32,000 bases of DNA from an uncultured Candidatus Saccharimonas sp. (GCA_963528875.1 CAURWT010000003.1:30001-62000), one strand, 5' to 3'; positions 15,614-24,879 are shown, numbered from the stretch's first letter. The notes: generated by a model not told the origin, from the sequence alone. Translations and numbers: made by a program.

Positions 15614-15616
15614 ATA

Positions 15617-16936
15617 ATGAATAAGATTATGTTTAAAAAAGGAATTCAGAGAAAACTTGAAAAATATGTTCGAAAATATTTCGAAACTCACCCAGACATT
15701 AAATTGATTACGGTTGCTGGTTCTGTTGGAAAAACTAGTACAAAACTTGCGATTGCAACTATCTTGAGTCAAAAATATCGTGTACGATTACACGAGGGGA
15801 ACCACAATACACATTTGAGTGCCCCTTTGGCGATTTTGGGAATAAACTTTCCTGGAAATCCTCGTAATTTTTGGCAGTGGCATAGAGTTTTTAAAGCTGT
15901 AAGAAAGCGAATTAAATCACCGAGTGATCAAGAGCCACAAATTATCATTCAAGAACTTGGAACTGACCACCCCGGTGATATTGAACAGTTTAGCAAATAT
16001 CTTGCTCCAAATATTGCAATTATTACCTCTGTTACTCCTGAACATATGGAGTTTTTTGGAAGTATCGATGCTGTTGCGCAAGAAGAACTTGAAGCTGCGA
16101 GTTTTGCTAAAATGGCAATTTTAAATCAAGATGATATCTCGCCAGATTTTTTTAAATATGTTCGAAATTCGAATATTGCAACTTATAGCTCGGTTGGTGG
16201 AGCTAACTATAATTTTATAGCTAATAATTTCTCTTTGCTTGATGGATTTAGTGGTAAAATTCAAACTCTAGAATATGGTGAAATTAATGTTCGAGCAAAA
16301 GTTTTTGGCGAGCATTCTCTCAGGCCAATTACTGGTGCAGTAGCGGTCTCTATTAAGCTTGGCTTGAACCCACAAGAAATTATAGGTGGTTTGGCAAGTT
16401 TGAAGCCGGTTCCCGGTAGAATGAATTTTATGCGAGGCGTTAAAGACTCTGTTTTGATTGACGATACTTATAACTCGAGTCCGGCCGCATTAGAAGCTGC
16501 GATTCAAACACTTTATTCTCTTTCTGTGCCTTCGAAGATTGCAGTTATTGGAAGTATGAATGAGCTTGGTGAAGCTTCTGCTTTTGAACATCAAAAAATA
16601 GGTAAAATGCTTGATGGGATTTCTATTTCGTGGGTGGTTACTGTTGGTGAGCATGCAAATAAGTTTCTTGCTCCAGCTGCAAGATTGCGGGGCTGTCAGG
16701 TTTATGAAGCAAAAAATGCAATTGATGCAGGAACTTTTGTTCATAAGATTATGGAGCGAGGCACTCTAGTTCTACTTAAAGGCTCTCAAGGTAAAATTTA
16801 CCTAGAGGAGGCTACAAAAATCCTACTTTTAAATAAAGATGATGAAGAATGGTTGGTTCGTCAGGATGAAAAATGGAAAAAAACCAAAGATGACTTTTTT
16901 AGTAGCTTCACAGAAGTTGCTGAAGACGAGGTTTAG
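15617..16936 (+). CDS. murF: UDP-N-acetylmuramoyl-tripeptide--D-alanyl-D-alanine ligase (Mur ligase family)
   Basis: 439 aa. Mur ligase P-loop ITVAGSVGKTSTK, IDDTYNSSP motif typical of MurF. Alternative start ATG 15629 (MFKKG...) is possible because TATAAT 15613-15618 overlaps the first ATG. Confidence 0.8.
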   Translation: MNKIMFKKGIQRKLEKYVRKYFETHPDIKLITVAGSVGKTSTKLAIATILSQKYRVRLHEGNHNTHLSAPLAILGINFPGNPRNFWQWHRVFKAVRKRIKSPSDQEPQIIIQELGTDHPGDIEQFSKYLAPNIAIITSVTPEHMEFFGSIDAVAQEELEAASFAKMAILNQDDISPDFFKYVRNSNIATYSSVGGANYNFIANNFSLLDGFSGKIQTLEYGEINVRAKVFGEHSLRPITGAVAVSIKLGLNPQEIIGGLASLKPVPGRMNFMRGVKDSVLIDDTYNSSPAALEAAIQTLYSLSVPSKIAVIGSMNELGEASAFEHQKIGKMLDGISISWVVTVGEHANKFLAPAARLRGCQVYEAKNAIDAGTFVHKIMERGTLVLLKGSQGKIYLEEATKILLLNKDDEEWLVRQDEKWKKTKDDFFSSFTEVAEDEV

Positions 16937-17473
16937 ATGAAAGAAATTTTACCGATTGTTGATGAAAATGATAAAATTATTGACGAAATTGATAAGGCTG
17001 AATTTGATAAAACTACGGGGCAAATTTATCGAACGGTTTCGTTAATTTTATTCAATTTAGATGGTGATTTTTTGATTCAGCGGAGATCTTTTTCGAAAGC
17101 TACATTTGCCGGAAAATGGCAAAATTCGGCGGCGGCTGGTCATGTTCGGATTGGCGAAAGTTATCTGGGTGCGATTCATCGTGAAACTATTGAAGAGATT
17201 GGTTTGAACTTGCGGTTTCAAGATTTTATTAAAGTTGAAAAGGTTTTTATTCATACTAAAGAAAATAAGCGGCGTTTTATGCAAGTTTTTGCTGCAAAAA
17301 CGAATTTTAATCTTGAAGAATTAGCGATTGCGCGCGATGAAGTTGCCGAAATTAAGCTAGTGAATTTTAAAGAATTTCGAAAAATGATTGAAGAACATCC
17401 TGAAGATTTTACAGATTCGCCAGAAGTTACATTAAAAATTCTTGAAAAAGCCCGAGCAAAAATTGAAAAATAA
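16937..17473 (+). CDS. NUDIX hydrolase
   Basis: 178 aa. Nudix box GHVRIGESYLGAIHRETIEEIGL (GX5EX7REUXEEXGU). ATG directly follows the murF TAG. Confidence 0.85.
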   Translation: MKEILPIVDENDKIIDEIDKAEFDKTTGQIYRTVSLILFNLDGDFLIQRRSFSKATFAGKWQNSAAAGHVRIGESYLGAIHRETIEEIGLNLRFQDFIKVEKVFIHTKENKRRFMQVFAAKTNFNLEELAIARDEVAEIKLVNFKEFRKMIEEHPEDFTDSPEVTLKILEKARAKIEK

Positions 17474-18031
17474 TTATTCGCAAGCAATTTTATAAAGGGC
17501 TATTCCGGTTGCAACTGAAACATTGAAACTTTCTTTTTGGCCAAACATTGGAATTTCAAGAGTTTTATCGCATAAATCGAGCAATTCTTTCGAAATTCCT
17601 TTAACTTCTTCACCTAAAAGTAGGGCAATTTTGGCATTTTTATCGGCTACAAAATCTTTTAAGAAAATTGATTTTTTGCTTTGTTCGAGCGCAAAGATTT
17701 CGAAACCTTGACTTTTTAGATTTTGAATCGTTTTAAAAATATCTTTAGAAATTTCAGCTGGAACAATTTTTTCAGCTCCGAGCGCGGTTTTATGAATTTG
17801 TGAATTAATTTTTTGTGCAATATGTGGCAAACGGCCAGTTTTTTGAAAATCTTCATCCTTTAAAATTGGGAAGGGTGAATATCCGCTGAAGATAATTTTT
17901 GAAACTCCAAAGCCTTCACTAGTGCGTAAGATTGCGCCAATGTTATGAATTGAGCGAATATTGTGCGCTAAAACAATAATTTCACGATTTTGTACACGGT
18001 TTTGATTTTCGAAAGAGTTAGGATTTTTCAT
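17474..18031 (-). CDS. SpoU/TrmH-family RNA 2'-O-methyltransferase
   Basis: 185 aa. NIGAILRTSEGFGV, LLLGEEVKGIS and LEIPMFGQKESFNVSVATGIALY are the three SPOUT motifs. TGCTAAAAT (-10 at 18040-18045) lies 8 nt before the ATG. Confidence 0.85.
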   Translation of the reverse strand: MKNPNSFENQNRVQNREIIVLAHNIRSIHNIGAILRTSEGFGVSKIIFSGYSPFPILKDEDFQKTGRLPHIAQKINSQIHKTALGAEKIVPAEISKDIFKTIQNLKSQGFEIFALEQSKKSIFLKDFVADKNAKIALLLGEEVKGISKELLDLCDKTLEIPMFGQKESFNVSVATGIALYKIACE

Positions 18032-18097
18032 TATCTTCTATTTTAGCAGATTTTTTAAAAAATAAAAAGAGCCCGAAGGCTAGAATTTTAACGCTTG

Positions 18098-18439
18098 TTA
18101 TTTATGGCGTTTAAGTTTTGACAATGTTCGACCGATGATTTCATAGGTGTATTTTGCGAGCTCTGGTGAAACCCCACCGGTATTTATTATTTCGAAAGTA
18201 TACTCGCTTTCGTAAAGTCCTTTTTTAAAAGTTACCAACGATGAGCTTTTGCTGTCAGTTTCTAGTTCTTCAATTTGAACAAAAGCAGAATATTTTGAAA
18301 GTATGCCAATTTTTGCGCGAAAAGAGTTTTCGATTTTTAGAGAAATGTTCGAGTGGTTTTTGAACGGGGCATTTATTTCTTTTTCTACTTCTGGGCAACT
18401 TTCGAAAATAGCTTGCTCGATTGTTTCTTTAAGGTACAT
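18098..18439 (-). CDS. Hypothetical protein
   Basis: 113 aa from ATG 18439. AGAGGTGA SD 5 nt upstream (the track start at 18448 is a GTG inside the SD). AGCC-UUCG-GGCU hairpin plus T-run downstream (about 18063-18081). Confidence 0.5.
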   Translation of the reverse strand: MYLKETIEQAIFESCPEVEKEINAPFKNHSNISLKIENSFRAKIGILSKYSAFVQIEELETDSKSSSLVTFKKGLYESEYTFEIINTGGVSPELAKYTYEIIGRTLSKLKRHK

Positions 18440-18500
18440 TTTGCTCACCTCTATTTTAAATATTTCGCTTGAAGCGATGAGAATATTTTAGCATTTTTGA

Positions 18501-18529
18501 TTGAAAAAATAAAGTGCTTGTGGTAAAAT
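18501..18529 (+). promoter_or_regulatory. pilB promoter (leaderless configuration)
   Basis: TTGAAA (18501-18506), 17 bp, TGG-TAAAAT (18524-18529), 7 nt, ATG 18537. Confidence 0.55.
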
Positions 18530-18536
18530 TGAGTTA

Positions 18537-20165
18537 ATGGAAGAAAATAAAGTTCAGCTAATGCGTAGGCAAAAGGAAGAAGAGGCGACCGAGCAACGGG
18601 CTAGAATCCTTGGGCTAACGTATCTTGATACGCGAGATTTCGAAGATATTTTTCCTCTCGCGAGAGATCTTTTTACAAATGAGCAGATGCATCGGGCATT
18701 TTTGGCGCCACTTCAAATTGGTGATATTGATGAAAATAAGCCTTGGCGAGTTTTGATCACCAGCTTAACTCCACGCTCAGTTATTCAAAAATTAAGTAAA
18801 AAATATCAAGATGAAGGTAAGACTCTTGAGCTTTTCTTGATTTCTGAAAGTGCATGGAAGAATATTATGCGGCGCTATGACCCGCCGAAAAAGATTGTTT
18901 ATGATGATATTGAAATTGCCGGTGAGGGTGATAGTGCTACTTTAGATAAAGTTAGCCAAACTTTGGCAAATGTTGCTTCCGATCAGGTTTTTGATTATCT
19001 GATTGATCAAGCAGATAGACTTGGTGCAAGTGACATCCACATCGAAAATCAACGCCAGACGATTCGAATCCGGATGCGTGTTGATGGTGCGCTTCACCCA
19101 GTTGCTGAGCTTGGGCGAGATCGATACCGTGTTATTATGGGTGAACTTTCTTCGCGAGCGGGAGTGTCGAGCGCTTCAAAAACTTCACAATCTGGGCATA
19201 TGCAGAAGGATATTTATCGTGATGGAACTTCGCATCTTTTAAATTTGCGTGTCGAAACTGTGCCGACAATGTATGGAATGGACGCTGTGATGCGTTTGTT
19301 TAACTTCGATGAAAGTATGCTTCAGCTTGATTTGCTTGGAATTGCGCCAAAAGAGCGAGCTGAAATTGATGAGATTATTTCGCACCCGCGTGGGATGGTT
19401 TTGATGGTTGGTCCAACTGGTTCCGGTAAGTCAACAACTCTTTATTCTATGCTTAATGCCTTAAACACGCTTGATCGTAAGATTATTACGCTTGAAGATC
19501 CAATTGAATATGGTATTGGTGGGATTTCACAAATCCCGATTGACACAACGCATGGCGCTAGTTTTGCCGACGGCTTGCGTTCAGTTTTGCGTCTTGATCC
19601 AGATGTTGTAATGGTTGGTGAGATTCGTGATAACGATACGGCGAAAACCGCAATTCAGGCTTCAATTACTGGCCACTTGGTGCTTTCAAGTTTTCACGCC
19701 AATTCAACGAGTGCGGCTTTTTCGCGTATGATTGATATGATTGGTATGAATCCAATTTTCTCAAGTGCAATTCGACTTTTGATCGCTCAGCGACTTGTTC
19801 GAAAGCTCGACAAAAATGCTAAAGAGTATATCCCAGATGAAGCAACTAAAAAATGGGTTCGAAATGTTCTTGAAGGCGTCCCAGCTGAAAAACTTCCACA
19901 AGATATTTCTGGAGATTTTAAGCTTTGGAAGCCAGTAGCTTCAGAAGATAGTCCTTTTGGTTATAAGGGGCGAATTGTGGTTATGGAAATGATGGTTGTA
20001 AACGATAATATTGCAGCATTTTTACGCGGGGAAAGAGGCGTTATTTCGACTGAAGCTATTGAGGCTCAAGCTCGCAAAGACGGCTTGTTGACCCTTTTAC
20101 AACAGGGCGTAATTTCAGCGCTTCGTGGTGATACAACTATTGAAGAAGTAAATCGTGTAATTTAG
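18537..20165 (+). CDS. pilB: Type IV pilus assembly / type II secretion ATPase (PilB/GspE family)
   Basis: 542 aa. Walker A GPTGSGKSTTLYS, Asp box LEDPIE, Walker B VVMVGEIRD, His box LSSFHAN. N-terminal T2SSE_N-like region. Confidence 0.9.
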   Translation: MEENKVQLMRRQKEEEATEQRARILGLTYLDTRDFEDIFPLARDLFTNEQMHRAFLAPLQIGDIDENKPWRVLITSLTPRSVIQKLSKKYQDEGKTLELFLISESAWKNIMRRYDPPKKIVYDDIEIAGEGDSATLDKVSQTLANVASDQVFDYLIDQADRLGASDIHIENQRQTIRIRMRVDGALHPVAELGRDRYRVIMGELSSRAGVSSASKTSQSGHMQKDIYRDGTSHLLNLRVETVPTMYGMDAVMRLFNFDESMLQLDLLGIAPKERAEIDEIISHPRGMVLMVGPTGSGKSTTLYSMLNALNTLDRKIITLEDPIEYGIGGISQIPIDTTHGASFADGLRSVLRLDPDVVMVGEIRDNDTAKTAIQASITGHLVLSSFHANSTSAAFSRMIDMIGMNPIFSSAIRLLIAQRLVRKLDKNAKEYIPDEATKKWVRNVLEGVPAEKLPQDISGDFKLWKPVASEDSPFGYKGRIVVMEMMVVNDNIAAFLRGERGVISTEAIEAQARKDGLLTLLQQGVISALRGDTTIEEVNRVI

Positions 20166-20168
20166 CTC

Positions 20169-20197
20169 TTCACAAAAACTAAAAAGTATGATATAAT
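20169..20197 (+). promoter_or_regulatory. rplS promoter
   Basis: TTCACA (20169-20174), 17 bp, TGA-TATAAT (20192-20197). About 40-nt leader. Confidence 0.5.
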
Positions 20198-20240
20198 GAA
20201 TCTTGATTGTATATATTAAATTTAAAAGTGAGTGGAAAAT

Positions 20241-20666
20241 ATGAGTTTTGAGTTAATCAAAAAAGTTAATGACGCACAGAAAAAAGAAGCCGTTCTTGAT
20301 ATTAAAAGTGGCGATACTGTTCGCGTTCACCAAAAAATTAAAGAAGGTAATAAAGAGCGAATCCAGATTTTCGAAGGTGTAGTTATTCGAACTGACCGCA
20401 AGAAATCACATACTTCTCGAATTACTGTTCGAAAAGTTGCTAGCGGTGTTGGAGTTGAGAAGTCTTTCCTTCTTCATAGCCCGTTAATTGAAAAGATTGA
20501 GATTGTTCGCCGTTCGAAAGTTCGCCGAAATTACCTTTCATTCTTAAGAAACCGAAGCGGTAAAAGTGCTCGTCTTAAACAAGTTGCTTTTGACCGTGAA
20601 GCTGTAAATACTTTACCTGAAGCTCCAAAAGCGGAAGAAAAAGTTGAAGAAGCCAAAGAAGCTTAA
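20241..20666 (+). CDS. rplS: 50S ribosomal protein L19
   Basis: GDTVRVHQKIKEGNKERIQIFEGVVI...ITVRKVASGVGVEKSFLLHSPLIEKIEIVRRSKVRR is a classic L19 sequence. ATG 20241 preferred over GTG 20232. K/E-rich C-terminal tail. Confidence 0.93.
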   Translation: MSFELIKKVNDAQKKEAVLDIKSGDTVRVHQKIKEGNKERIQIFEGVVIRTDRKKSHTSRITVRKVASGVGVEKSFLLHSPLIEKIEIVRRSKVRRNYLSFLRNRSGKSARLKQVAFDREAVNTLPEAPKAEEKVEEAKEA

Positions 20667-20682
20667 TTGTTTTTATAAAATT

Positions 20683-20712
20683 AAAATCGCTCAAATTTTG
20701 GGCGATTTTTGA
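20683..20712 (+). terminator. Intrinsic terminator (copy 1 of a 27-nt repeated element)
   Basis: AAAATCGC-TCAAATTTTGG-GCGATTTT then TGATT. Identical 27-mer at 24880-24906. Confidence 0.7.
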
Positions 20713-20740
20713 TTGACTTTTTTAGAGAGTGTGCTATAAT
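20713..20740 (+). promoter_or_regulatory. Pilin promoter (leaderless configuration)
   Basis: TTGACT (20713-20718), 16 bp, TGC-TATAAT (20735-20740), 8 nt, ATG 20749. Confidence 0.55.
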
Positions 20741-20748
20741 TGAAGAGT

Positions 20749-21252
20749 ATGAAAAAGCTTAAGCTAAATAGTGGTTTTACAATTATTGAGGTTGTTTTAG
20801 TTCTTGCGATTGCTGGCCTGATATTTCTAATGGTATTTTTGGCTCTACCGGCATTGCAGCGTTCGCAGAGGGACACTCAAAGAAAACAGGTTATTCCAAA
20901 AATTGCGGCAATTTTAGAGGAGTCGAGAACGAACAATAAAGGTAATTACGTGAGTGATTATGATACTAATAATGAGCTTGAAAATTTTATTAAAAACTAT
21001 CTAAGGCCCCACGAGAGTGAGTTTTTGGATCCAAGTACAGGGCAATTTTACACGTTTTTAAAGTGTGGAAGTAAGGTAAATTGTGGGACAGGGGTTGGCC
21101 AAGATAATCTTGAAATTGGTGAAATTTACTATAACTCAAATGCTGATTGCGAGGTTGGGAGATTCGTTGACAAACCTGCTAATGCAACGAATTTCATTTT
21201 ACTTACAAGACTTGAAACTGGCGGATTATATTGTTTTTCTTCTTCAAATTAA
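20749..21252 (+). CDS. Type IV pilin / pseudopilin with prepilin-type N-terminal methylation motif
   Basis: MKKLKLNS-GFTIIEVVLVLAIAGLIFLMVFLALPAL: class III signal peptide (G/F cleavage site, E at +5, hydrophobic helix). Cys pairs in the C-terminal domain. Confidence 0.85.
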   Translation: MKKLKLNSGFTIIEVVLVLAIAGLIFLMVFLALPALQRSQRDTQRKQVIPKIAAILEESRTNNKGNYVSDYDTNNELENFIKNYLRPHESEFLDPSTGQFYTFLKCGSKVNCGTGVGQDNLEIGEIYYNSNADCEVGRFVDKPANATNFILLTRLETGGLYCFSSSN

Positions 21253-21267
21253 GATTTTTAAAAATTT

Positions 21268-21294
21268 AAAAACTCCTCTCATGAAGGAGTTTTT
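21268..21294. terminator. Bidirectional terminator between pilin and LtaS-family genes
   Basis: AAAAACTCCT-CTCATGA-AGGAGTTTTT. Confidence 0.7.
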
Positions 21295-21296
21295 AA

Positions 21297-23246
21297 TTAT
21301 TTGATTTTATAGAAATCACCAAGGCTGTATTTATTTCCGCTTAAAATATCGTATTCAATCATTTCGAAATCTTTTAGAATATCACTTTTTTCGTCTGTTT
21401 TTACGAATTGTTTAGTTAAGGCGGGATATTTTTCTCGCAAATCACTTAGTAAGTATTGAAATGCTGAAAGTTTTGAATCAAAAGAATTTAAAGCTAAGAT
21501 TTGATTATAAATCAAGCTTGAGGTTCCTAAATCTTTCTTTTCTTTTTCGAAATTTGAATAAACGAAAAGTGGTGTGCGGCGAATATCGTTTTTATTTAAT
21601 TCTTTTTCGAACATTTCACCATAAATTCCTGGCCAGTGATCGCCCCAAAAAACTACAATAGTTTTTTCGTTTATTTTTTCAATTTCAGAAAGAAAATTCT
21701 TCATTGCTTTATCTGAACGTGAAATTCCTTCAAGATAGGCCTGAATAGTTTTTGCATTTTCTGGATTTGCGCCATTTTTTGCATTAACACTAAAATTATG
21801 TTCTGAATAAGCATTTTCTTCGTATGGCATATGATTTTGCATTGTTACGAGGTGAATGAACTTAGGTTTTTGGCTATTTTTTAGTTCAGTTAAAACTTCA
21901 TTAAAAGCGGATTCGTCTGAGATATATTTTGAATTATCAATTTTCGAATTATTTTTGAAATCGTCGGCACTCTTATATTCTTGAAAACCAAGGTTTGGAT
22001 AAACAACTTCACGGCGATACATATTACGATTATATGGATGCATTGCGATTGTTTTGTAGCCGTTTTCATTAAAATTTTTCACGATCGAAGGTGTGTCTTT
22101 ATTTGCGTGTACAATTGAAGTATAGGGGATTGAATTCAAAAAGAAATTACTTAATCCCGTCAAAGCTTCAAATTCGACATTGGCTGTTCCGCCGCCGTAT
22201 TCGCTCGAAGCAGCCCAGCCTGAACTTTGTGATTTTTTGAGCTTTTTAGTATACGGGATCGGTTCTTTTTTCCCATAATCATAAAGATGCTTGCCAAGCG
22301 CTGGGTCGATAAAACTCTCGCTCATCACATAAACGACATTTACTTTTTCATCACTTAATTTTTTGCGATTTTTATTTTTCTCCTCGGCAATTTTTTTATA
22401 TTTTTGGACAATTTTTTGTACGGCTTCTTTCGAATAACCTTCTGGCTGTTTTTGAGTTTTAGCTTGAAGGTTGGAGATCGTTGCTAAAATAAAACCGTTG
22501 GTTTGGTAGTTATAAGCTTGATCAGTAAAGTCAATAGAAGTTTCGAGATTTTCAACTTTAATGAAAGTGCCTTTTCCGCTAAGGTTTCGAATTTCTAAAG
22601 TGTGTAAATTTAAAAAGTGCGCACAAATTAGAATTAAAGCAGTTTGTGGAATAAAGATCGCTATTTTTTGTTTTTTTGAAAATTTAAAATGCCAGATTTT
22701 TTTTGAAATTTTATTTACAATAATGGTTATGATTATAATTATCGAAATCGTAAAAAGCATATTTAAGAATCGTTCTAAATTAATCATCGAGGCTAGTCCA
22801 CCAGCCTCGCCAGACATCGCTAAATCTTCAGGTAAAAACGGTGTATTGCGTGAGGCCATTTTTTCAGTATTGATATACATCACGATTGTGGCGAGGGAAA
22901 ACAGAACGCCCATTGAGATTCGCCAGTTTCGAAAGATTCCAACAAACAAAAAACTGACTAAAATTGTTATAATTTGGCTAAATTCGGCAATTTTTGGATT
23001 TTTCGAAAGAAATTCGTTAGCTTTTTCCCAGCCACCAAATTGAAGATTTAAAATATATTTTGTAAGAAAAGTTCCTAATAAATAAACACAAATTGTTGAA
23101 AATATCAAAAAAGTGGCTTTACTTTGAATGATTTTTTTACCAATTTTTGCGTATTTTATAGCGTTTTTTTGTGATTTTTTAGACAAATATTTTTTAAAAA
23201 TTTCTTTAAAGTGTTTTTTGAAATCAAGCTTTTTAAAATTTTTCAT
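21297..23246 (-). CDS. LTA synthase family protein (membrane-anchored sulfatase/phosphoglycerol transferase superfamily)
   Basis: 649 aa. About five N-terminal TM helices, then an extracytoplasmic alkaline-phosphatase-superfamily domain (VVYVMSESF..., MHPYNRNMYRR, VTMQNHMPY, FWGDHWPG). Confidence 0.8.
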   Translation of the reverse strand: MKNFKKLDFKKHFKEIFKKYLSKKSQKNAIKYAKIGKKIIQSKATFLIFSTICVYLLGTFLTKYILNLQFGGWEKANEFLSKNPKIAEFSQIITILVSFLFVGIFRNWRISMGVLFSLATIVMYINTEKMASRNTPFLPEDLAMSGEAGGLASMINLERFLNMLFTISIIIIITIIVNKISKKIWHFKFSKKQKIAIFIPQTALILICAHFLNLHTLEIRNLSGKGTFIKVENLETSIDFTDQAYNYQTNGFILATISNLQAKTQKQPEGYSKEAVQKIVQKYKKIAEEKNKNRKKLSDEKVNVVYVMSESFIDPALGKHLYDYGKKEPIPYTKKLKKSQSSGWAASSEYGGGTANVEFEALTGLSNFFLNSIPYTSIVHANKDTPSIVKNFNENGYKTIAMHPYNRNMYRREVVYPNLGFQEYKSADDFKNNSKIDNSKYISDESAFNEVLTELKNSQKPKFIHLVTMQNHMPYEENAYSEHNFSVNAKNGANPENAKTIQAYLEGISRSDKAMKNFLSEIEKINEKTIVVFWGDHWPGIYGEMFEKELNKNDIRRTPLFVYSNFEKEKKDLGTSSLIYNQILALNSFDSKLSAFQYLLSDLREKYPALTKQFVKTDEKSDILKDFEMIEYDILSGNKYSLGDFYKIK

Positions 23247-23729
23247 AATAATTTAATTATAACATTTTTTAGAAAAGTTGGCGAGAGTTGCTCTTAGAAT
23301 TTTTAGATTTTAAATATTTTATTTTACTATGAAAAAACTCGGCGGCGGCTAAAAACGGTAGTGGATGTAATTAATATTCTGTTGGAGTTTATTCTGCTTT
23401 TGGGTTTGGAGGTGTCTAATTTTATGCAGTAAAAAAGGCTACGCAAGAATAAGCGTAACCGTAATGAATAAATAACCTCTCACCAGTGAAGATGTGATTC
23501 ATTTTATAAACTATTGCCGTAGTTTATAAAACTACTTGATAAAAGAACTATCTCCTTTCTTCGGAAGTTTTTTAGTTATCACTTATCGGATTGTAAATAA
23601 AAGATTTTTTATATTTTTATATCTAATATAAACTTTCAACAAACGATAACTATTAAATTATAATAAAAACATTCCAACTTGTCAATAATAAAATTAGATA
23701 TTTTTGCAAGATTTTTGAGTTTAAAGTGC

Positions 23730-23758
23730 TTGAAATTTTAGTTTTTTTGTGTTAAAAT
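23730..23758 (+). promoter_or_regulatory. rplJL promoter
   Basis: TTGAAA (23730-23735), 17 bp, TGT-TAAAAT (23753-23758). Confidence 0.55.
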
Positions 23759-23764
23759 AAAATG

Positions 23765-23919
23765 AGTTGCCAGAGACAGTAGCCGCCTCGCGTTAGCTAG
23801 GCTTAATCTGCTACCGAGGAATACTTTTTCTATCTGCCAACGAGTTTTGAAGGGAGGCTTTCAAAACGCCAGAATCTTAACAATTAGGTCGAAGAATATT
23901 AACCAAAAAAGGAGTTTTT
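23765..23919 (+). promoter_or_regulatory. Structured 5' leader of rplJ (candidate L10 autoregulatory leader)
   Basis: About 155-nt leader. GTTGCCAGA (23765..) pairs with TCTGCCAAC (one mismatch), enclosing CAGTAGC/GCTACCG and GCCT...AGGC helices. Then an 8-bp hairpin GTTTTGAA-GGGAGGCT-TTCAAAAC. AAGGAG SD before ATG 23920. L10(L12)4 feedback on such leaders is established in other bacteria. Confidence 0.4.
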
Positions 23920-24429
23920 ATGGCATTATCACGCGATAAAAAGAACCAATTGGTTGCTGAATTAAGCGCCGCTCTTAAAGACGCAAAAATGACAGCTTTT
24001 GCTGAATATAAAGGTTTGACAGTTGCCGACCTTCAAGAACTTCGAAAAGAAGCTCGCGAAGCTGGTGTTCAAATCAAAGTTGTTAAAAACCGCCTTGTGC
24101 GAGTTGCAATGCAAGAAGTTGAAGCTTTGAAAGAATCTGACACTTCTGCGCTAAAAGGTCAACTTGTTTACGCAATTTCAAGCGAAGATGAGATTGCTGC
24201 TGCGCAAGTTTTGGGTAAATTTGCAAAAAATCACCCAGAAATGAAGCTTGTTGGTGCGTTTGCTGACAACGGTAATGTAATGGACACTGCAACTGTTACG
24301 ACACTTTCAGAACTTCCAAACAAAGACCAACTTATTGGTCAAATTGTGGACACACTTCTTTCGCCAATCAACGCGATTGCTGGTGGTCTTACAAACGAAG
24401 ATTTGGAATTTCGAAAAGCAACCAATTAA
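23920..24429 (+). CDS. rplJ: 50S ribosomal protein L10
   Basis: 169 aa. KKNQLVAELSAALKDAKMTAFAEYKGLTVADLQELRKEAREAGVQIKVVKNRL is typical L10. Followed by rplL. Confidence 0.93.
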   Translation: MALSRDKKNQLVAELSAALKDAKMTAFAEYKGLTVADLQELRKEAREAGVQIKVVKNRLVRVAMQEVEALKESDTSALKGQLVYAISSEDEIAAAQVLGKFAKNHPEMKLVGAFADNGNVMDTATVTTLSELPNKDQLIGQIVDTLLSPINAIAGGLTNEDLEFRKATN

Positions 24430-24474
24430 TTTATTTTAGAATATTAACCATTTAAATTTTTAAAGGAGTCAAAA

Positions 24475-24840
24475 ATGGCTGACATTAAAAAATTGGCTGA
24501 AGAATTGGTAAAATTGACTATTCTTGAAGCTAACGAATTGAAAGAATACCTCAAAGAGGAATACGGAATTGAACCAGCTGCTGTTGCTGTTGCCGCTACC
24601 GCCGGTGCTGCTGACGCTGCTGACGAACAAACAGAATTTACAGTTACTTTGAAAGACGCTGGTGCGCAAAAAGTTGCTGTTATTAAAGCAGTTAAAGAAA
24701 TCACAGGTCTTGGACTTGGTGAAGCTAAAGCTATCGTTGACGGTGCTCCAGCACCAGTTAAAGAAAAAGTTTCTAAAGATGAAGCTGAAGAAGCTAAAAA
24801 GAAACTTGAAGAAGCTGGCGCAACTGTTGAGCTTGCTTAA
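24475..24840 (+). CDS. rplL: 50S ribosomal protein L7/L12
   Basis: 121 aa. Ala-rich hinge then [27 protein letters not shown]...[25 protein letters not shown]. Confidence 0.95.
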   Translation: MADIKKLAEELVKLTILEANELKEYLKEEYGIEPAAVAVAATAGAADAADEQTEFTVTLKDAGAQKVAVIKAVKEITGLGLGEAKAIVDGAPAPVKEKVSKDEAEEAKKKLEEAGATVELA

Positions 24841-24879
24841 TTATAATACAAATCAAATCGACCTAATTTAAGATTTTCG

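Noticed and set aside
15449-15772. 107-aa minus-strand ORF across the murF upstream region
   Set aside because: It spans the consensus plus-strand promoter, the structured RNA and the murF start. It has low-complexity composition and no expression signals, so it is a shadow ORF.
23247-23729. tmRNA, SRP RNA, RNase P RNA or 6S RNA in the long spacer before rplJ
   Set aside because: I found no tRNA-like acceptor/T-arm end with CCA, no ...LAA-type tag ORF, no SRP GGAA/AGCA domain IV motif and no RNase P conserved regions. Only generic hairpins are present. This needs a covariance-model search to settle.
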